Positions 1 through 10,358 of a stretch of DNA of 64,000 nt are shown here, piece after piece. The notes below the pieces were generated by a model. The model did no database searches. It saw nothing but the letters and a program-made list of their open reading frames with translations, and had not been told where the DNA came from. The DNA is from a virus (Duplodnaviria > Heunggongvirae > Uroviricota > Caudoviricetes). How positions within the stretch are numbered: position 1 is the first letter of the stretch; every line of letters starts with the position of its first letter. The stretch is taken from the IMG/VR virus record IMGVR_UViG_3300035703_000003, one strand, 5' to 3'. The position numbers were made by a program, and so were the translations under genes.

Positions 1-411
1 CGTAGTATACTAGCTGATCCTCGTGGTCCAGATGTTAAAGACAGAGTAAACAGTATTAAGCACAGAGAAGCGTTTAGACCATTTGCACCGATGATACTAG
101 AAGAAGACGTTAGTGACTATTTTGAAATGCCTGTTGACAGTAGTCCTTATATGCAGTATATTGCTAGATGCAAATATCCAGAACTCTTTCCAGCTATTAT
201 ACATTATGATGGAACAAGTCGTGTTCAAACCGTAGGATTAACCGATTGTCCTGATGTCAGATCGTTGTTACTTGAATGGAAAGCAAGAACAGGATGTCCA
301 ATGCTTTTAAATACTAGCCTTAACATTAAAGGAGAGCCTTTAGTTAACAGTAGTGCCGATGCAGAGCGTTGGACTGAAAAATACGGAGTAAAGGTATGTT
401 TACCAAAATAA
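1..411 (+). CDS. Carbamoyltransferase (NodU/CmcH/TobZ family), C-terminal part, 5'-truncated by the window
   Basis: Frame is open from base 1: RSILADPR...KHREAFRPFAP...HYDGTSRVQTV...LLNTSLNIKGEP, typical of the C-terminal domain. Confidence 0.92.
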   Translation, partial: RSILADPRGPDVKDRVNSIKHREAFRPFAPMILEEDVSDYFEMPVDSSPYMQYIARCKYPELFPAIIHYDGTSRVQTVGLTDCPDVRSLLLEWKARTGCPMLLNTSLNIKGEPLVNSSADAERWTEKYGVKVCLPK

Positions 412-512
412 TCAATTTTATACTTTATCCTTGGCGTGCTTATCAAGAGAAGAAGCGTTTAAAAAAACGTTTAGAAGAATTGCGTAAACGTGATCCTTTC
501 ATTTACGAGTAA
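396..512 (+). CDS. 38-aa small basic protein, not in the ORF track
   Basis: MFTKIINFILYPWRAYQEKKRLKKRLEELRKRDPFIYE; GGAG upstream; fills the gap between neighbours. Confidence 0.65.
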   Translation: MFTKIINFILYPWRAYQEKKRLKKRLEELRKRDPFIYE

Positions 513-523
513 GAGGACAATTT

Positions 524-1237
524 ATGTTAGATGTAATTCAAATTAGTTATTACGAAGAAACTGCTGACGAAAATTTTGAATTTTTAAAATTGTTTGCACC
601 TAACGCAAAGCGTGTTCAGGGTGTTAAAGGCATTTTTAATGCACACAGAGCTGCCGCAGAAATAGCCGAAACAAGTCATTTCTACGTAATCGATGCAGAC
701 GCAATAATCGAAGAAGACTTTAAATTTAGTTTTAGACCGGACGCACGTAAATTGGAATACGGGCACCACCCCGAAACCGAATGTGTTTATGTATGGCGCA
801 GTCGTAATCCTGTAAACGATTTAGTGTATGGGTACGGTGGAGCAAAATTGTTTCCACGCAGAGAATTGTTAAAAGCCAAAAAATGGAACGTTGATATGAC
901 AACTACAATTGGGTGTCCGTTTGTTCCTAAATTCCAAATTAGTAATATTACTGCATTTAATACTAATACGTTTGAAACATGGAAAAGTGCATTTAGAGAA
1001 TGTGCAAAGCTAGCAAGTAGTATTATTCCAAACGGTGATAATATCGACAACGAGTATCGTTTAGATATATGGTGCAGTCGTGGTAAAGATAGACCTTACG
1101 GTGAATATTGCATGATGGGCGCAAATCAAGGCAGAGAGTTCGGGACATACTATCGTAACGACATTAAATCTCTAAAGAAAATCAATGATTTTGATTGGTT
1201 ACGTAATCAATTTGAAAAAACAGTTGGTGAAGAATAA
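524..1237 (+). CDS. Glycosyltransferase-like (GT-A fold) protein
   Basis: DxD motif (VIDADA), GVKGI..AH and YGYGGAKL; GAGG RBS. Confidence 0.6.
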   Translation: MLDVIQISYYEETADENFEFLKLFAPNAKRVQGVKGIFNAHRAAAEIAETSHFYVIDADAIIEEDFKFSFRPDARKLEYGHHPETECVYVWRSRNPVNDLVYGYGGAKLFPRRELLKAKKWNVDMTTTIGCPFVPKFQISNITAFNTNTFETWKSAFRECAKLASSIIPNGDNIDNEYRLDIWCSRGKDRPYGEYCMMGANQGREFGTYYRNDIKSLKKINDFDWLRNQFEKTVGEE

Positions 1238-1238
1238 C

Positions 1239-2096
1239 ATGTCAAACTACGAATTTCCACTAAAAACCCACGAGATATTAGATCGTTACGAATTGTTGTA
1301 TTTAGATAACGATTTAATAGCTGATTTCAGACGATCATATATCGATCATGATTTAAACAGCATATTTCGTATTGTCAACGACGATAATAAAGACGATTTG
1401 CGTAAACTTATCATTGAAAACAATACGTGGAAATTATGGTCTTTGCTAGATCAATTTGTCAACACTCAATTCACATCTGCGTTTAAAAGTTTTTTTGTTA
1501 ACAATATTACATTTGATAAAGATTGTTTTAGTCGTGGTCAACTGCGAAGTAAACTATGGTTAGTAGATGAAATAAAAAAACTGGATTTAGATCTAGGAAC
1601 AGTGTTTCTGTGTGCAGGGTGGTACGGCACATTATCAGTGATGATGTTTGAGAGCGGAATAAAAATTGACAAAATTCGTAGTTTTGACATTGATCCTTTG
1701 ACAGTTGACGTAGCAGAAACATTTAATAAGCCCTGGGTAATGCAAGATTGGAAATTTAAAGCAACTGTTGAAGATATCTTAGATATAGATTACGAAAAAC
1801 ATTGCTACAGTGTACTACGTTCAGATAAAACGGCATGTGAGTTAAATGATTCGCCTGACACTATTGTCAATACTAGTTGCGAGCATCTAATAGATTTCGA
1901 CGGGTGGTATAATAAAATACCCGTCGGCAAGCTAGTAATAATCCAAGCCAATAACTATCACGAAGTTGAAGAGCATGTTAATACATATAATACTTTAAAA
2001 GATTTTAGTAAAAGCGCACCCATGACAACTGTTTTGTATAAAGGTGTTTTAGAGTTACCTAAATATACGAGATTTATGAAAATTGGATTTAAATAG
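1239..2096 (+). CDS. SAM-dependent methyltransferase-like protein
   Basis: VFLCAGWYG, RSFDIDP and IVNTSCEH Rossmann-type motifs; start moved to ATG 1239. Confidence 0.6.
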   Translation: MSNYEFPLKTHEILDRYELLYLDNDLIADFRRSYIDHDLNSIFRIVNDDNKDDLRKLIIENNTWKLWSLLDQFVNTQFTSAFKSFFVNNITFDKDCFSRGQLRSKLWLVDEIKKLDLDLGTVFLCAGWYGTLSVMMFESGIKIDKIRSFDIDPLTVDVAETFNKPWVMQDWKFKATVEDILDIDYEKHCYSVLRSDKTACELNDSPDTIVNTSCEHLIDFDGWYNKIPVGKLVIIQANNYHEVEEHVNTYNTLKDFSKSAPMTTVLYKGVLELPKYTRFMKIGFK

Positions 2097-2322
2097 TCTG
2101 TCACTTCGACAATTACAAACAGAAGCAGCAAGAGCAATATCCTGCATTTCTGCTACTAATAACAACATATACAAGTTTAATAAAATAGCACACCATAACA
2201 GTCAAAATTGGTATCGTGCAATTATAGAATGGTATATACAAGAATACGGCGGACTGCCTAGCGCAGTCGGTCCTGGTAAAGAAGTGACACTTCTATTAGA
2301 AAAAAGCAATAATAATGTTTGA
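2083..2322 (+). CDS. Hypothetical protein (79 aa)
   Basis: TTG start; overlaps both neighbours. Confidence 0.6.
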   Translation: MDLNSLSLRQLQTEAARAISCISATNNNIYKFNKIAHHNSQNWYRAIIEWYIQEYGGLPSAVGPGKEVTLLLEKSNNNV

Positions 2323-3397
2323 TTATAAAGATATACGTATGGTTCACTTAGAAGTCACACAGCGGTGTCAAGCAGCGTGTCCGATGTGTGATCGTAACGA
2401 AAATGGCGGGCCAGACAACAAACATATCACAAACGCAGAACTTAGCTTAGAGGATTGTAAACGCATCTTTACACCCGAGTTTATTGCACAGCTTGATACT
2501 ATGTACATGTGCGGTAACTTAGGCGACCCGATTATCGCAAAAGATACATTAGAAATATTCAGTTATTTTAGGCAACACAATCCAAAAATGTGGCTAAGTA
2601 TGAATACAAACGCCGGTGCAAAGGATGTAGAGTGGTGGAGAAAATTGGCAGTAGTAATCGATCGCAAAGGCTCGGTTATTTTTAGTGTCGACGGGTTAGA
2701 GGATACAAATCACTTATATCGACAAAATGTTGTTTGGGATAATATTAAGCGGAATATGCAAGCATTTATTGCAGCAGGAGGCAGGGCTCGTTGGGATTAT
2801 ATTGTGTTTCAACATAATGAACATCAAGTTGAACAAGCAGAAGCACTAGCAAAGGAATGGGGCGTTGAAAAGTTTATCAAGAAAAAAACAGGTCGTTTCA
2901 TTACAGCGCATAGCATTAGTAAAGATGCACATCAGGCTCAAAATAGAAAAGGTGAGAAAACTGCAGTTATTGCAAAACCAGTTAATAAAGAAAATCAAAA
3001 TCTCGCACTTCTTAAACAAGCAGAGATCGAAAAATCTTACGGGTCTATGCGAGAGTATTACGATACTTGTAAAATAAAATGTAAGGCAATCGATAAAAAA
3101 GAAATATTCATTACAGCAGAAGGATTATTAATGCCGTGCTGTTGGACTGGCGGTCGTATGTATAAGTGGTGGCATAAAGACTATCGTGTAGAACAAATTT
3201 GGGATCACATTGATACTGCAGGCGGCAAAGACGCTATTAACGTTATAAACAATAGCATAGAATCTGTAGTAAGCGGGATGTTGTTAAGCAGCATCGAGGA
3301 TAGTTGGTCAAGGTTAAGTCTTAAGGACGGTAAGTTAGGAGTATGTGCAATGAAATGCGGGGAAGAATTCGATCCGTTTAATGCACAGTTTGCTTGA
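2315..3397 (+). CDS. Radical SAM protein with C-terminal Twitch/SPASM-like Cys cluster
   Basis: CQAACPMC, GNLGDP, FSVDG; C-terminal C...GLLMPCCW...CAMKCG. Confidence 0.9.
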   Translation: MFDYKDIRMVHLEVTQRCQAACPMCDRNENGGPDNKHITNAELSLEDCKRIFTPEFIAQLDTMYMCGNLGDPIIAKDTLEIFSYFRQHNPKMWLSMNTNAGAKDVEWWRKLAVVIDRKGSVIFSVDGLEDTNHLYRQNVVWDNIKRNMQAFIAAGGRARWDYIVFQHNEHQVEQAEALAKEWGVEKFIKKKTGRFITAHSISKDAHQAQNRKGEKTAVIAKPVNKENQNLALLKQAEIEKSYGSMREYYDTCKIKCKAIDKKEIFITAEGLLMPCCWTGGRMYKWWHKDYRVEQIWDHIDTAGGKDAINVINNSIESVVSGMLLSSIEDSWSRLSLKDGKLGVCAMKCGEEFDPFNAQFA

Positions 3398-3416
3398 ATG
3401 ATAAGGGAGAGCTTTA

Positions 3417-4109
3417 ATGGAAGATATTATAAAAATTATTGATGATTGCTTTGAAAATTATCAACCAATGGAATCTAAGGCAAATTTGATTTGTCAATAT
3501 TTAATTTTAAAAGAACACAACCCTAAGAATATAGTAGAAATAGGCACTGGCGCCGCTGGATGGGCGTTAACTATTAGCGATTTACTACAGAGAACAGATA
3601 TAAATTTTTTCTTGTTTGAAAATTTCGAAGAGACGCAGTATCAAAACCATGAATGGTGGCCGAAAAACAAAAAAGATCTGATGAATTATATATTAGTCAA
3701 GAATAAAAATTTTCAGTTTGATCTGTCTGAGAAGTACAGCAAGGTTGAAAAAATTGATGTTTTGCGATATGATGCATGGGGATTTTCTTGCCAAGATTTT
3801 GAAAATATTATTGAGGATTGTAACAAAAATTCTATAGTTTTTTTTGATGATTTTTCGTTCAACAAAGATCCGGATTTGGTAATCATGGTTCTAGAATTAT
3901 TCGAAAAAAATTTAATATATCCTATATGGGCTTCGGAAAATTCTAGCTGCTGGTCACCGAGTAAGGATTACAGTTACTATATGATCGATTTTCTAAAACA
4001 AAAACAAAGTTTAATAAAACAATTTACACAGTGTGATTGTTGTTATAAACAATACAACGTTTCGGATTTACAATTTGAAATGATTCAAACAAAAAACTGT
4101 AGTAAATAA
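3417..4109 (+). CDS. Putative class I methyltransferase-like protein
   Basis: IVEIGTGAAG and VFFDD; GGAG RBS. Confidence 0.45.
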   Translation: MEDIIKIIDDCFENYQPMESKANLICQYLILKEHNPKNIVEIGTGAAGWALTISDLLQRTDINFFLFENFEETQYQNHEWWPKNKKDLMNYILVKNKNFQFDLSEKYSKVEKIDVLRYDAWGFSCQDFENIIEDCNKNSIVFFDDFSFNKDPDLVIMVLELFEKNLIYPIWASENSSCWSPSKDYSYYMIDFLKQKQSLIKQFTQCDCCYKQYNVSDLQFEMIQTKNCSK

Positions 4110-4151
4110 TATATTAAAGATAATAATGAAATTTAAAATGTTGCTATTTAA

Positions 4152-5066
4152 ATGGTAGATAGAATTACATTAAATAAACCATGGAAAAAGTTAGTCTGGG
4201 TAACAACTACAGTATGCAATTACTCATGCAGTTATTGTTCACCTGACCTTCACGATGGAAAATACCGCTGGGTTAAGAATTATGATAATGTAATACGATT
4301 TATTAACACTTATAGAAATAATTCTCCGTTGATTGTAGACCTGATGGGCGGCGAACCAACTTTATGGCCAAAATTTGAATCTTTTTGTAAAGATATATGC
4401 ACCCATCCAGAAAAAACTTCTGTGCAATTCACTAGCAACGGATCACGCACTGTTAGATACTGGGAAAACTTTAGTGCTCCGGTTGATACGTTAGGATTTA
4501 GTTTTCATCCTGAGTTTGCTAACGAAGATCATTATTTTAACATACTTAAAGTTTTACACAATAAGTATAACGTAAAGGTGTTTTTAATGATGCCACCACA
4601 ATATTATAGCAAAATAAAACAGTTCTATCACAGAATCGAAAACAGTGATTTAAATATCGATGTTGCTATTAAATTGATTAAAAATCATAACGGCAGCGGA
4701 TTAGTATGCGGTTATAATAACGAACACAAACACTTTTCAATGAATCGTTTGAATAGATCTAAGGTAGATTATATAGATGATTTACAACCATTATACAATA
4801 ATAAAACTTTTATTCCGCAAGATTTAGTTAACAGCGGAAAAGATAAATTCAACGGATGGAATTGCAATATAGGTATAGACAGAGTTTCAATAAAATCAAA
4901 TGGTGATGTATATGGCTCTACATGTTATATAACTCCCCCATATGGTAATATATACACTGATACTGATATTGTATTACCAACCGAGCCCACTATTTGTACT
5001 AGAGAGTATTGCGGTTGCGGAGCCGATGTTGCGATATCGAAAGAAGAAAATGTACGCCCGAATTGA
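4152..5066 (+). CDS. Radical SAM protein, short subfamily B
   Basis: CNYSCSYC, GGEPTLW; C-terminal CNIG...GDVYGSTC...C....CGC. Confidence 0.9.
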   Translation: MVDRITLNKPWKKLVWVTTTVCNYSCSYCSPDLHDGKYRWVKNYDNVIRFINTYRNNSPLIVDLMGGEPTLWPKFESFCKDICTHPEKTSVQFTSNGSRTVRYWENFSAPVDTLGFSFHPEFANEDHYFNILKVLHNKYNVKVFLMMPPQYYSKIKQFYHRIENSDLNIDVAIKLIKNHNGSGLVCGYNNEHKHFSMNRLNRSKVDYIDDLQPLYNNKTFIPQDLVNSGKDKFNGWNCNIGIDRVSIKSNGDVYGSTCYITPPYGNIYTDTDIVLPTEPTICTREYCGCGADVAISKEENVRPN

Positions 5067-5475
5067 TTTAACTAAAACAAATTATGCTGTAATTCAAAAT
5101 AGTAAAGTGCTAACAACTGCGCCTGTTGTCGAGTTGCAGCAGATATATAAAGAGTATTGCAATTATAAAAAATTTAAAAGCATTATGCCTATTTTTAATA
5201 GCGAGTTCACTGACAGTAAGAATGATGTAATAGGTTATTATGACGATCGATCCCTGGTAGGATTTAGTTTATTAAGACGCTACGACGATGAAAATGTAGA
5301 AGCAATACAGTTTGCTTGGGATTATAAAAATCCTAAATTAAGACTAGGTATTAGCAGTTTAAAAAGCGAATGCGCTCATTATAAAGAACTAGGGTTTAAG
5401 TATTTGTATTTGGGTGGCGCCGACGAATATAAAAGTAAAATAGATGGGTTTGAAATATTAGGCCCGGTATTATAA
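5050..5475 (+). CDS. GNAT-fold protein resembling the C-terminal domain of Arg/Leu-tRNA-protein transferases (ATE/Bpt)
   Basis: LVGFS...FAWDY..PKLRLG..SL..E....KELGFKYLYLG; start moved to ATG 5050. Confidence 0.6.
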   Translation: MYARIDLTKTNYAVIQNSKVLTTAPVVELQQIYKEYCNYKKFKSIMPIFNSEFTDSKNDVIGYYDDRSLVGFSLLRRYDDENVEAIQFAWDYKNPKLRLGISSLKSECAHYKELGFKYLYLGGADEYKSKIDGFEILGPVL

Positions 5476-5484
5476 GGAATGTAA

Positions 5485-5814
5485 ATGAACTATTATCATA
5501 TATGGGCTAATCCCTCAGAGGGCGTAGAAGCTAAAGACTTTGCATTAAAGATGCGTAAGTTCTTAGATCAACTAGTGTCAATGGGACGTATGCATTCGTA
5601 TAAACTTACACGAATGAAACTAGGATTCAGAAGCATTGACTTACCAGAGTTTCATGTTATAATGGAATTTAAAAATATGCAACAGTTGGACGATGCTATG
5701 ACTGCAGTATTAGAAGACGAGCAAAACATCGAATCAGTCCATGTTGCATTTAATCAATTAGTAGATGGTGAAACTATTCATCATGCGTTATATAGAGACT
5801 ATCCAGATGAGTAA
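5485..5814 (+). CDS. DUF6614-like small alpha/beta protein
   Basis: YHIW...TRMKLG...EFHVIMEF..MQQLDDA...H pattern. Confidence 0.55.
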   Translation: MNYYHIWANPSEGVEAKDFALKMRKFLDQLVSMGRMHSYKLTRMKLGFRSIDLPEFHVIMEFKNMQQLDDAMTAVLEDEQNIESVHVAFNQLVDGETIHHALYRDYPDE

Positions 5815-6991
5815 TATAAACAGTTGGGATGAATTTCAACCACTAGAAGAATTGTTAGTAGGTAGTGTATACGATAGTAGCTTCTTCGATGATGTTAAAA
5901 ATGTTAAAATACGTGATGCATTAAAAAAGATTGTAGACGAAACAAACGAAGACCTTGAGCATTTTAAATCTACACTGTCGCAACACAATATAAAAATATA
6001 TCAAGCAAGTCCAACTGAATTGGGCTACAAAAAGAGTATATTAGAATACGTTAACGAAAAGGGCGAGCTCGGTTATAAACGTAACGTGGGCGGGTCGTTC
6101 TTCACAACAGGTGTTAGTGCTAGCTTAATTCCTAACCCTCCACTGCAGCCCAGAGACGATAGTATCATTATGGGCAACAAGATTATTGTTACTGACCCTA
6201 ACACTTATGCTATTAAAGCACTGCTACCTAAGTTTGAAGAATGGTTTGGTAAAGAAAACATTGATACGTCAATGAAGGATGAACAAGTTCAATTGCCTCG
6301 CAGCGACAAGAACTTAAAGAATTACTTAACACGTAACAGCATCGAACCTACAGAAGAAAACTTAGAAGCAGCAAGAGCAACAGAAACGCTAGGCGGCTTT
6401 TGCAGTCCTACACTAACACGGTTAGGAAAAACATGTTTTGTTGATACTTGGCAAGTGCCTACTGTAGTAGAAGATTTCCTGAGTGTTAAGGTTCCGGAGT
6501 TTGAATATAAGAAGATTACTATTGGCGGTCACAATGATTCTATCTTTAGTGTTATTAAACCAGGACTTGTAGTTGCAACAAGAGAACTAGAACCATACAA
6601 ACATATTTTTAAAGGTTGGGAAATAATTTGGTTTGACGATCCTAACTGGGGCCATGTTAGACATTGGCTAGACCTACGTGCCAAGAATCGTGGCAAGTGG
6701 TGGGTCCCAGGTGAGGAAGAAAACGACGAGTTTACATTCTTTGTTGAGAAGTTTCTCGGCAACTGGACAGGCATGGCTGAAGAAACTATATTTGATGTTA
6801 ACTGTTTAGTTATAGACGACAAGCATGTTGTAGTTAACACAGATAATCCTTATCTAATAGATAACTTAAAGCAGCGTGGTATGGAACCGATCGTATGCCC
6901 ATTGCGTCACAGCTTTTTCTGGGATGGTGGTTGGCATTGCTTAACACTTGATATTAAACGCAGAGGTGGACAAGTTGACTACGGAATTTGA
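5807..6991 (+). CDS. Amidinotransferase (glycine/inosamine-phosphate amidinotransferase family)
   Basis: NSWDEFQPLEE, PRDD, GHND, GGWHCLTLD; start ATG 5807. Confidence 0.85.
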   Translation: MSNINSWDEFQPLEELLVGSVYDSSFFDDVKNVKIRDALKKIVDETNEDLEHFKSTLSQHNIKIYQASPTELGYKKSILEYVNEKGELGYKRNVGGSFFTTGVSASLIPNPPLQPRDDSIIMGNKIIVTDPNTYAIKALLPKFEEWFGKENIDTSMKDEQVQLPRSDKNLKNYLTRNSIEPTEENLEAARATETLGGFCSPTLTRLGKTCFVDTWQVPTVVEDFLSVKVPEFEYKKITIGGHNDSIFSVIKPGLVVATRELEPYKHIFKGWEIIWFDDPNWGHVRHWLDLRAKNRGKWWVPGEEENDEFTFFVEKFLGNWTGMAEETIFDVNCLVIDDKHVVVNTDNPYLIDNLKQRGMEPIVCPLRHSFFWDGGWHCLTLDIKRRGGQVDYGI

Positions 6992-7454
6992 AACATATAT
7001 GAGTGAGTGGATACTAAATGATCTATCTGCTCCAGTTGTGATGCTAAACAACTTTTCTAAATGTCCATATGCTAAAACAGCATATCTGGAAAACAAAGTA
7101 AAGTTTTACGAAATAGCTAATACTAACGAAATACATACGCTTGTAGCTAATTGGGACGAACTATTAGATGTTGGTGTTATTCGTTTGCCTGATAGTGTAA
7201 ACAAAGATAATATAACAACATTGGTAGATAGCTTAAATGATTTGTATATGTCAGAAGACTTTATATTTTTAGATGACCATATTGATAATGAAGAACGTAT
7301 GGGTGATATTGTTTTTAACAACGGCAAGTATAATGTTTTATTTCTGCAAAGAAAAAGCAAATTAGATATTGCAGCAAAGAAATTAGAAAAGCTCGGTTAC
7401 TATAATAATTGGACAGAAGAATATTATAAGGAGGTAGTGAGTTGGAGGGTATAA
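6975..7454 (+). CDS. DUF1415-like hypothetical protein
   Basis: CPYAK motif; TTG start after GAGG. Confidence 0.5.
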   Translation: MTTEFETYMSEWILNDLSAPVVMLNNFSKCPYAKTAYLENKVKFYEIANTNEIHTLVANWDELLDVGVIRLPDSVNKDNITTLVDSLNDLYMSEDFIFLDDHIDNEERMGDIVFNNGKYNVLFLQRKSKLDIAAKKLEKLGYYNNWTEEYYKEVVSWRV

Positions 7455-8302
7455 CTTATGCGACAACCGTTAAAGTAAACGGCAAGAAATACTACATAAA
7501 TGATGTAGTATACAACACACCCTACGGAAAAGTATCTATCAATACAGAAGCAGTAAATGTGGGTATTTTTTTAAGTGGCGGGATGGATAGTGCAGTTTTA
7601 CTATATTTAGTTGCTAAAACATTCTCAGAAAGAAATATAACAACATCAATACAGCCCGTAACAGTCAGACGTGGCAATCCAACAGGGTTTAAATATTACG
7701 ATAGAGTCGATATATACCCGTATGCTAATAGAATTATAAAATATGTAAGAGATGCATTTCCGAATGTTACAATATATGATACTATCAAAGAAGACGCAAA
7801 TTATTGGTGGATAACAACAGTTGATCCCGAAGGTGGTCACAAAGGTAGTTATACTACTACACAGACTAACCTTTCTAATTTTCTAACATGGAAATATGCC
7901 GATGATCATCTTATTGAAAAGTTAGCCGAACAAAACATGGAACCGCAGCAAGGAATTGACACGCTTTATTGCGAATATAACGGTGTCACTAAAAACCCTC
8001 CCGAGGATGCGGATGTTCCACTGAGCGAAGAAAGTCATAGAGATCATGTTCGTAACTACGTAGATGGATTTGCTACTGTAGTAGATTATGGTAAATTTCA
8101 CAGGTATTATGAACCAATTAGAAACGCTGATAAGCGAATCACAATGTGGTTAGCACACGAACTAAATATTTTAGAAGATTTTCTAGATATTACAAGAAGT
8201 TGTGAAGGCGGTCCTGTTGAAACAGAAAACTTTACCACAGAGTGTATGAAGTGTTGGTGGTGTTTAGAACGACATTGGGCATTAGAAAATTATAATAAAT
8301 GA
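7442..8302 (+). CDS. QueC-like PP-loop ATP pyrophosphatase (paralogue 1)
   Basis: SGGMDS; TRSCE...CMKCWWCLER. Confidence 0.8.
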   Translation: MEGITYATTVKVNGKKYYINDVVYNTPYGKVSINTEAVNVGIFLSGGMDSAVLLYLVAKTFSERNITTSIQPVTVRRGNPTGFKYYDRVDIYPYANRIIKYVRDAFPNVTIYDTIKEDANYWWITTVDPEGGHKGSYTTTQTNLSNFLTWKYADDHLIEKLAEQNMEPQQGIDTLYCEYNGVTKNPPEDADVPLSEESHRDHVRNYVDGFATVVDYGKFHRYYEPIRNADKRITMWLAHELNILEDFLDITRSCEGGPVETENFTTECMKCWWCLERHWALENYNK

Positions 8303-9699
8303 CAAATAACATAAGTCTAACATTTTGTGCGCTGCCATGGTTACATTTAAGCAGTAGACCAGATGGGAAAATGCGTACATGTTGCACAAGTAACGCTAGC
8401 AGTGTCCAGGATCCAGACAGCAGTAATAAAGTAGGCGGCGGCGAAGTTGGCGTATTAAAAAACGATGACGGCGTTCCTGCTAACTTCAACACAACCAGCC
8501 TGACAGATGCCTGGAACAGTGCATACATGCGTAATGTTCGTAAGATGATGTTGCGTGGCGAGCAACCCGCTAGCTGTCTTAAATGCTACAAAGAGGAAAG
8601 TGCTGGGCATTTAAGCAAACGTAACTGGGAAACAGACTACTGGGGGCATCGTTACAACTTACAACAGCTTGTAGATGAAACTGCAGAAGATGGCTCGGTC
8701 CCGACTGTAATACGTTATATTGATTTGCGTATGGGAACAAAGTGTCAACTAGCTTGTGTAATGTGTAGTCCGCACGACAGTTCTGGTTGGATTAAAGATT
8801 GGCAGTCTATTACTCCGCAAATTAAAAATGACAAACTAGCACAAACTAGCAACTGGAATCGTGGTACCGACACTGGAGCAAGCTATAACTGGCACAAAAA
8901 CAATCCAATGTTCTGGGATGAACTGTACGAGCAAGTGCCTAACTTATATCAATTGTATTTTGCGGGCGGCGAAAGTCTCGTCATTGACGAACATTATGAT
9001 TTACTAGAAGAATGTATTAAGCGAGGCTATGCAAAAAACATAGAGTTACGTTATAACAGTAATGCTGTTGAATGGCGAGATGACTTGTTTGACTTATGGG
9101 CAGAGTTTAAACGAGTAAGATTTCATTATAGTATTGATGCATACGGCGAGCAAAATGATTATATACGTTATCCGAGTAACTGGGCACACCAAGAACGTGT
9201 GTTTCATTTGTTAGATAATACTGCACCACAAGTAGAAGTAACAACTGCTACTACAATAATGGCGCTTAACATCGCATATTTGCCCGAGTTTGTCAAATGG
9301 AAAACTCAGCAAGGATTTAAAAAGATAAATGCGTGGCCATTCGGCGCAGGTGGAATTAACATGCATTTTGCGTATTGGCCTCCGCAGTTAAATGTAAAAG
9401 TATTACCTGCACACATTAAACAACGTATTACAGACAAATATGAAAACGAGTTTTATCCGTGGATAGAAGATAATTGGCAACAGTTCACCGGAGTAAAAGA
9501 GAACAACATAGACAAAGAAGTGTTTATGAATAATCCATATGGAATCAAACGTTTTAAAGGCATAATTAATTTTATGAATAGCGAAGACTGGAGTGCAAGA
9601 TTGCCTGAGACAACAGAATATTTGCAGTTAGTTAACAGACAGCGCAATTGGGACAATAAGTTCTTAGAAGTGTTCCCCATCTTAGAGGATATTTTATGA
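8299..9699 (+). CDS. Radical SAM protein with N-terminal Cys cluster, subfamily A
   Basis: CALPW...CC...CLKC..EE, then CQLACVMC, GGE, SIDA. Confidence 0.9.
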   Translation: MTNNISLTFCALPWLHLSSRPDGKMRTCCTSNASSVQDPDSSNKVGGGEVGVLKNDDGVPANFNTTSLTDAWNSAYMRNVRKMMLRGEQPASCLKCYKEESAGHLSKRNWETDYWGHRYNLQQLVDETAEDGSVPTVIRYIDLRMGTKCQLACVMCSPHDSSGWIKDWQSITPQIKNDKLAQTSNWNRGTDTGASYNWHKNNPMFWDELYEQVPNLYQLYFAGGESLVIDEHYDLLEECIKRGYAKNIELRYNSNAVEWRDDLFDLWAEFKRVRFHYSIDAYGEQNDYIRYPSNWAHQERVFHLLDNTAPQVEVTTATTIMALNIAYLPEFVKWKTQQGFKKINAWPFGAGGINMHFAYWPPQLNVKVLPAHIKQRITDKYENEFYPWIEDNWQQFTGVKENNIDKEVFMNNPYGIKRFKGIINFMNSEDWSARLPETTEYLQLVNRQRNWDNKFLEVFPILEDIL

Positions 9700-10358
9700 T
9701 TATAACACACAGCAAACATAATTTAAACATTGCGGTAGACAGCAACGTATCCCGTATTGGATTAAAAATATCTGGCGGTGCCGATAGTGCAATTGTTGGT
9801 TACATTCTATCAAAGTATATTGCCGAGGAACGCCCGGATGCAATAATTGTCCCTATTACTGTAGATCAAGAAGGTAAAGCATTTCAAATAATGTTTGCAA
9901 AAAGAATAATAGAATATTATAAAACAGTATTCGGAGACGTATTTTCAGAACATGAAACTGGGTATAGTCCTATTCCTGAGAGTGAAAATTATATTACAGC
10001 ACAAGAAACATTAATAGATAGATTGTATAAAACAAAACAAATACAATTTCATTTCTCTGGTATTACACTTAACCCCCCCGATGGTGCATTACCTAAGCAT
10101 ATATATGATCAGGGGTGGGTCGACCCGTCGGACAGGCCACGAACTGGAACACTTAAACCTGTATATCAAGATAACAGATGTTTACCTTTAATAAATTTCG
10201 ATAAAAAAGATGTTGCTGAGTTATACGATTATTTTGGTATCAGAGACACACTGTTTCCGTTAACTAGAAGCTGTGAAAAATACACAGACGACTTCAGTGT
10301 CCATTGCGACAACTGCTGGTTTTGTGCAGAAAGAAAATGGGGGTTTGGTAGTCTGTGA
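9696..10358 (+). CDS. QueC-like PP-loop ATP pyrophosphatase (paralogue 2)
   Basis: SGGADS; TRSCE...CDNCWFCAER. Confidence 0.8.
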   Translation: MIITHSKHNLNIAVDSNVSRIGLKISGGADSAIVGYILSKYIAEERPDAIIVPITVDQEGKAFQIMFAKRIIEYYKTVFGDVFSEHETGYSPIPESENYITAQETLIDRLYKTKQIQFHFSGITLNPPDGALPKHIYDQGWVDPSDRPRTGTLKPVYQDNRCLPLINFDKKDVAELYDYFGIRDTLFPLTRSCEKYTDDFSVHCDNCWFCAERKWGFGSL

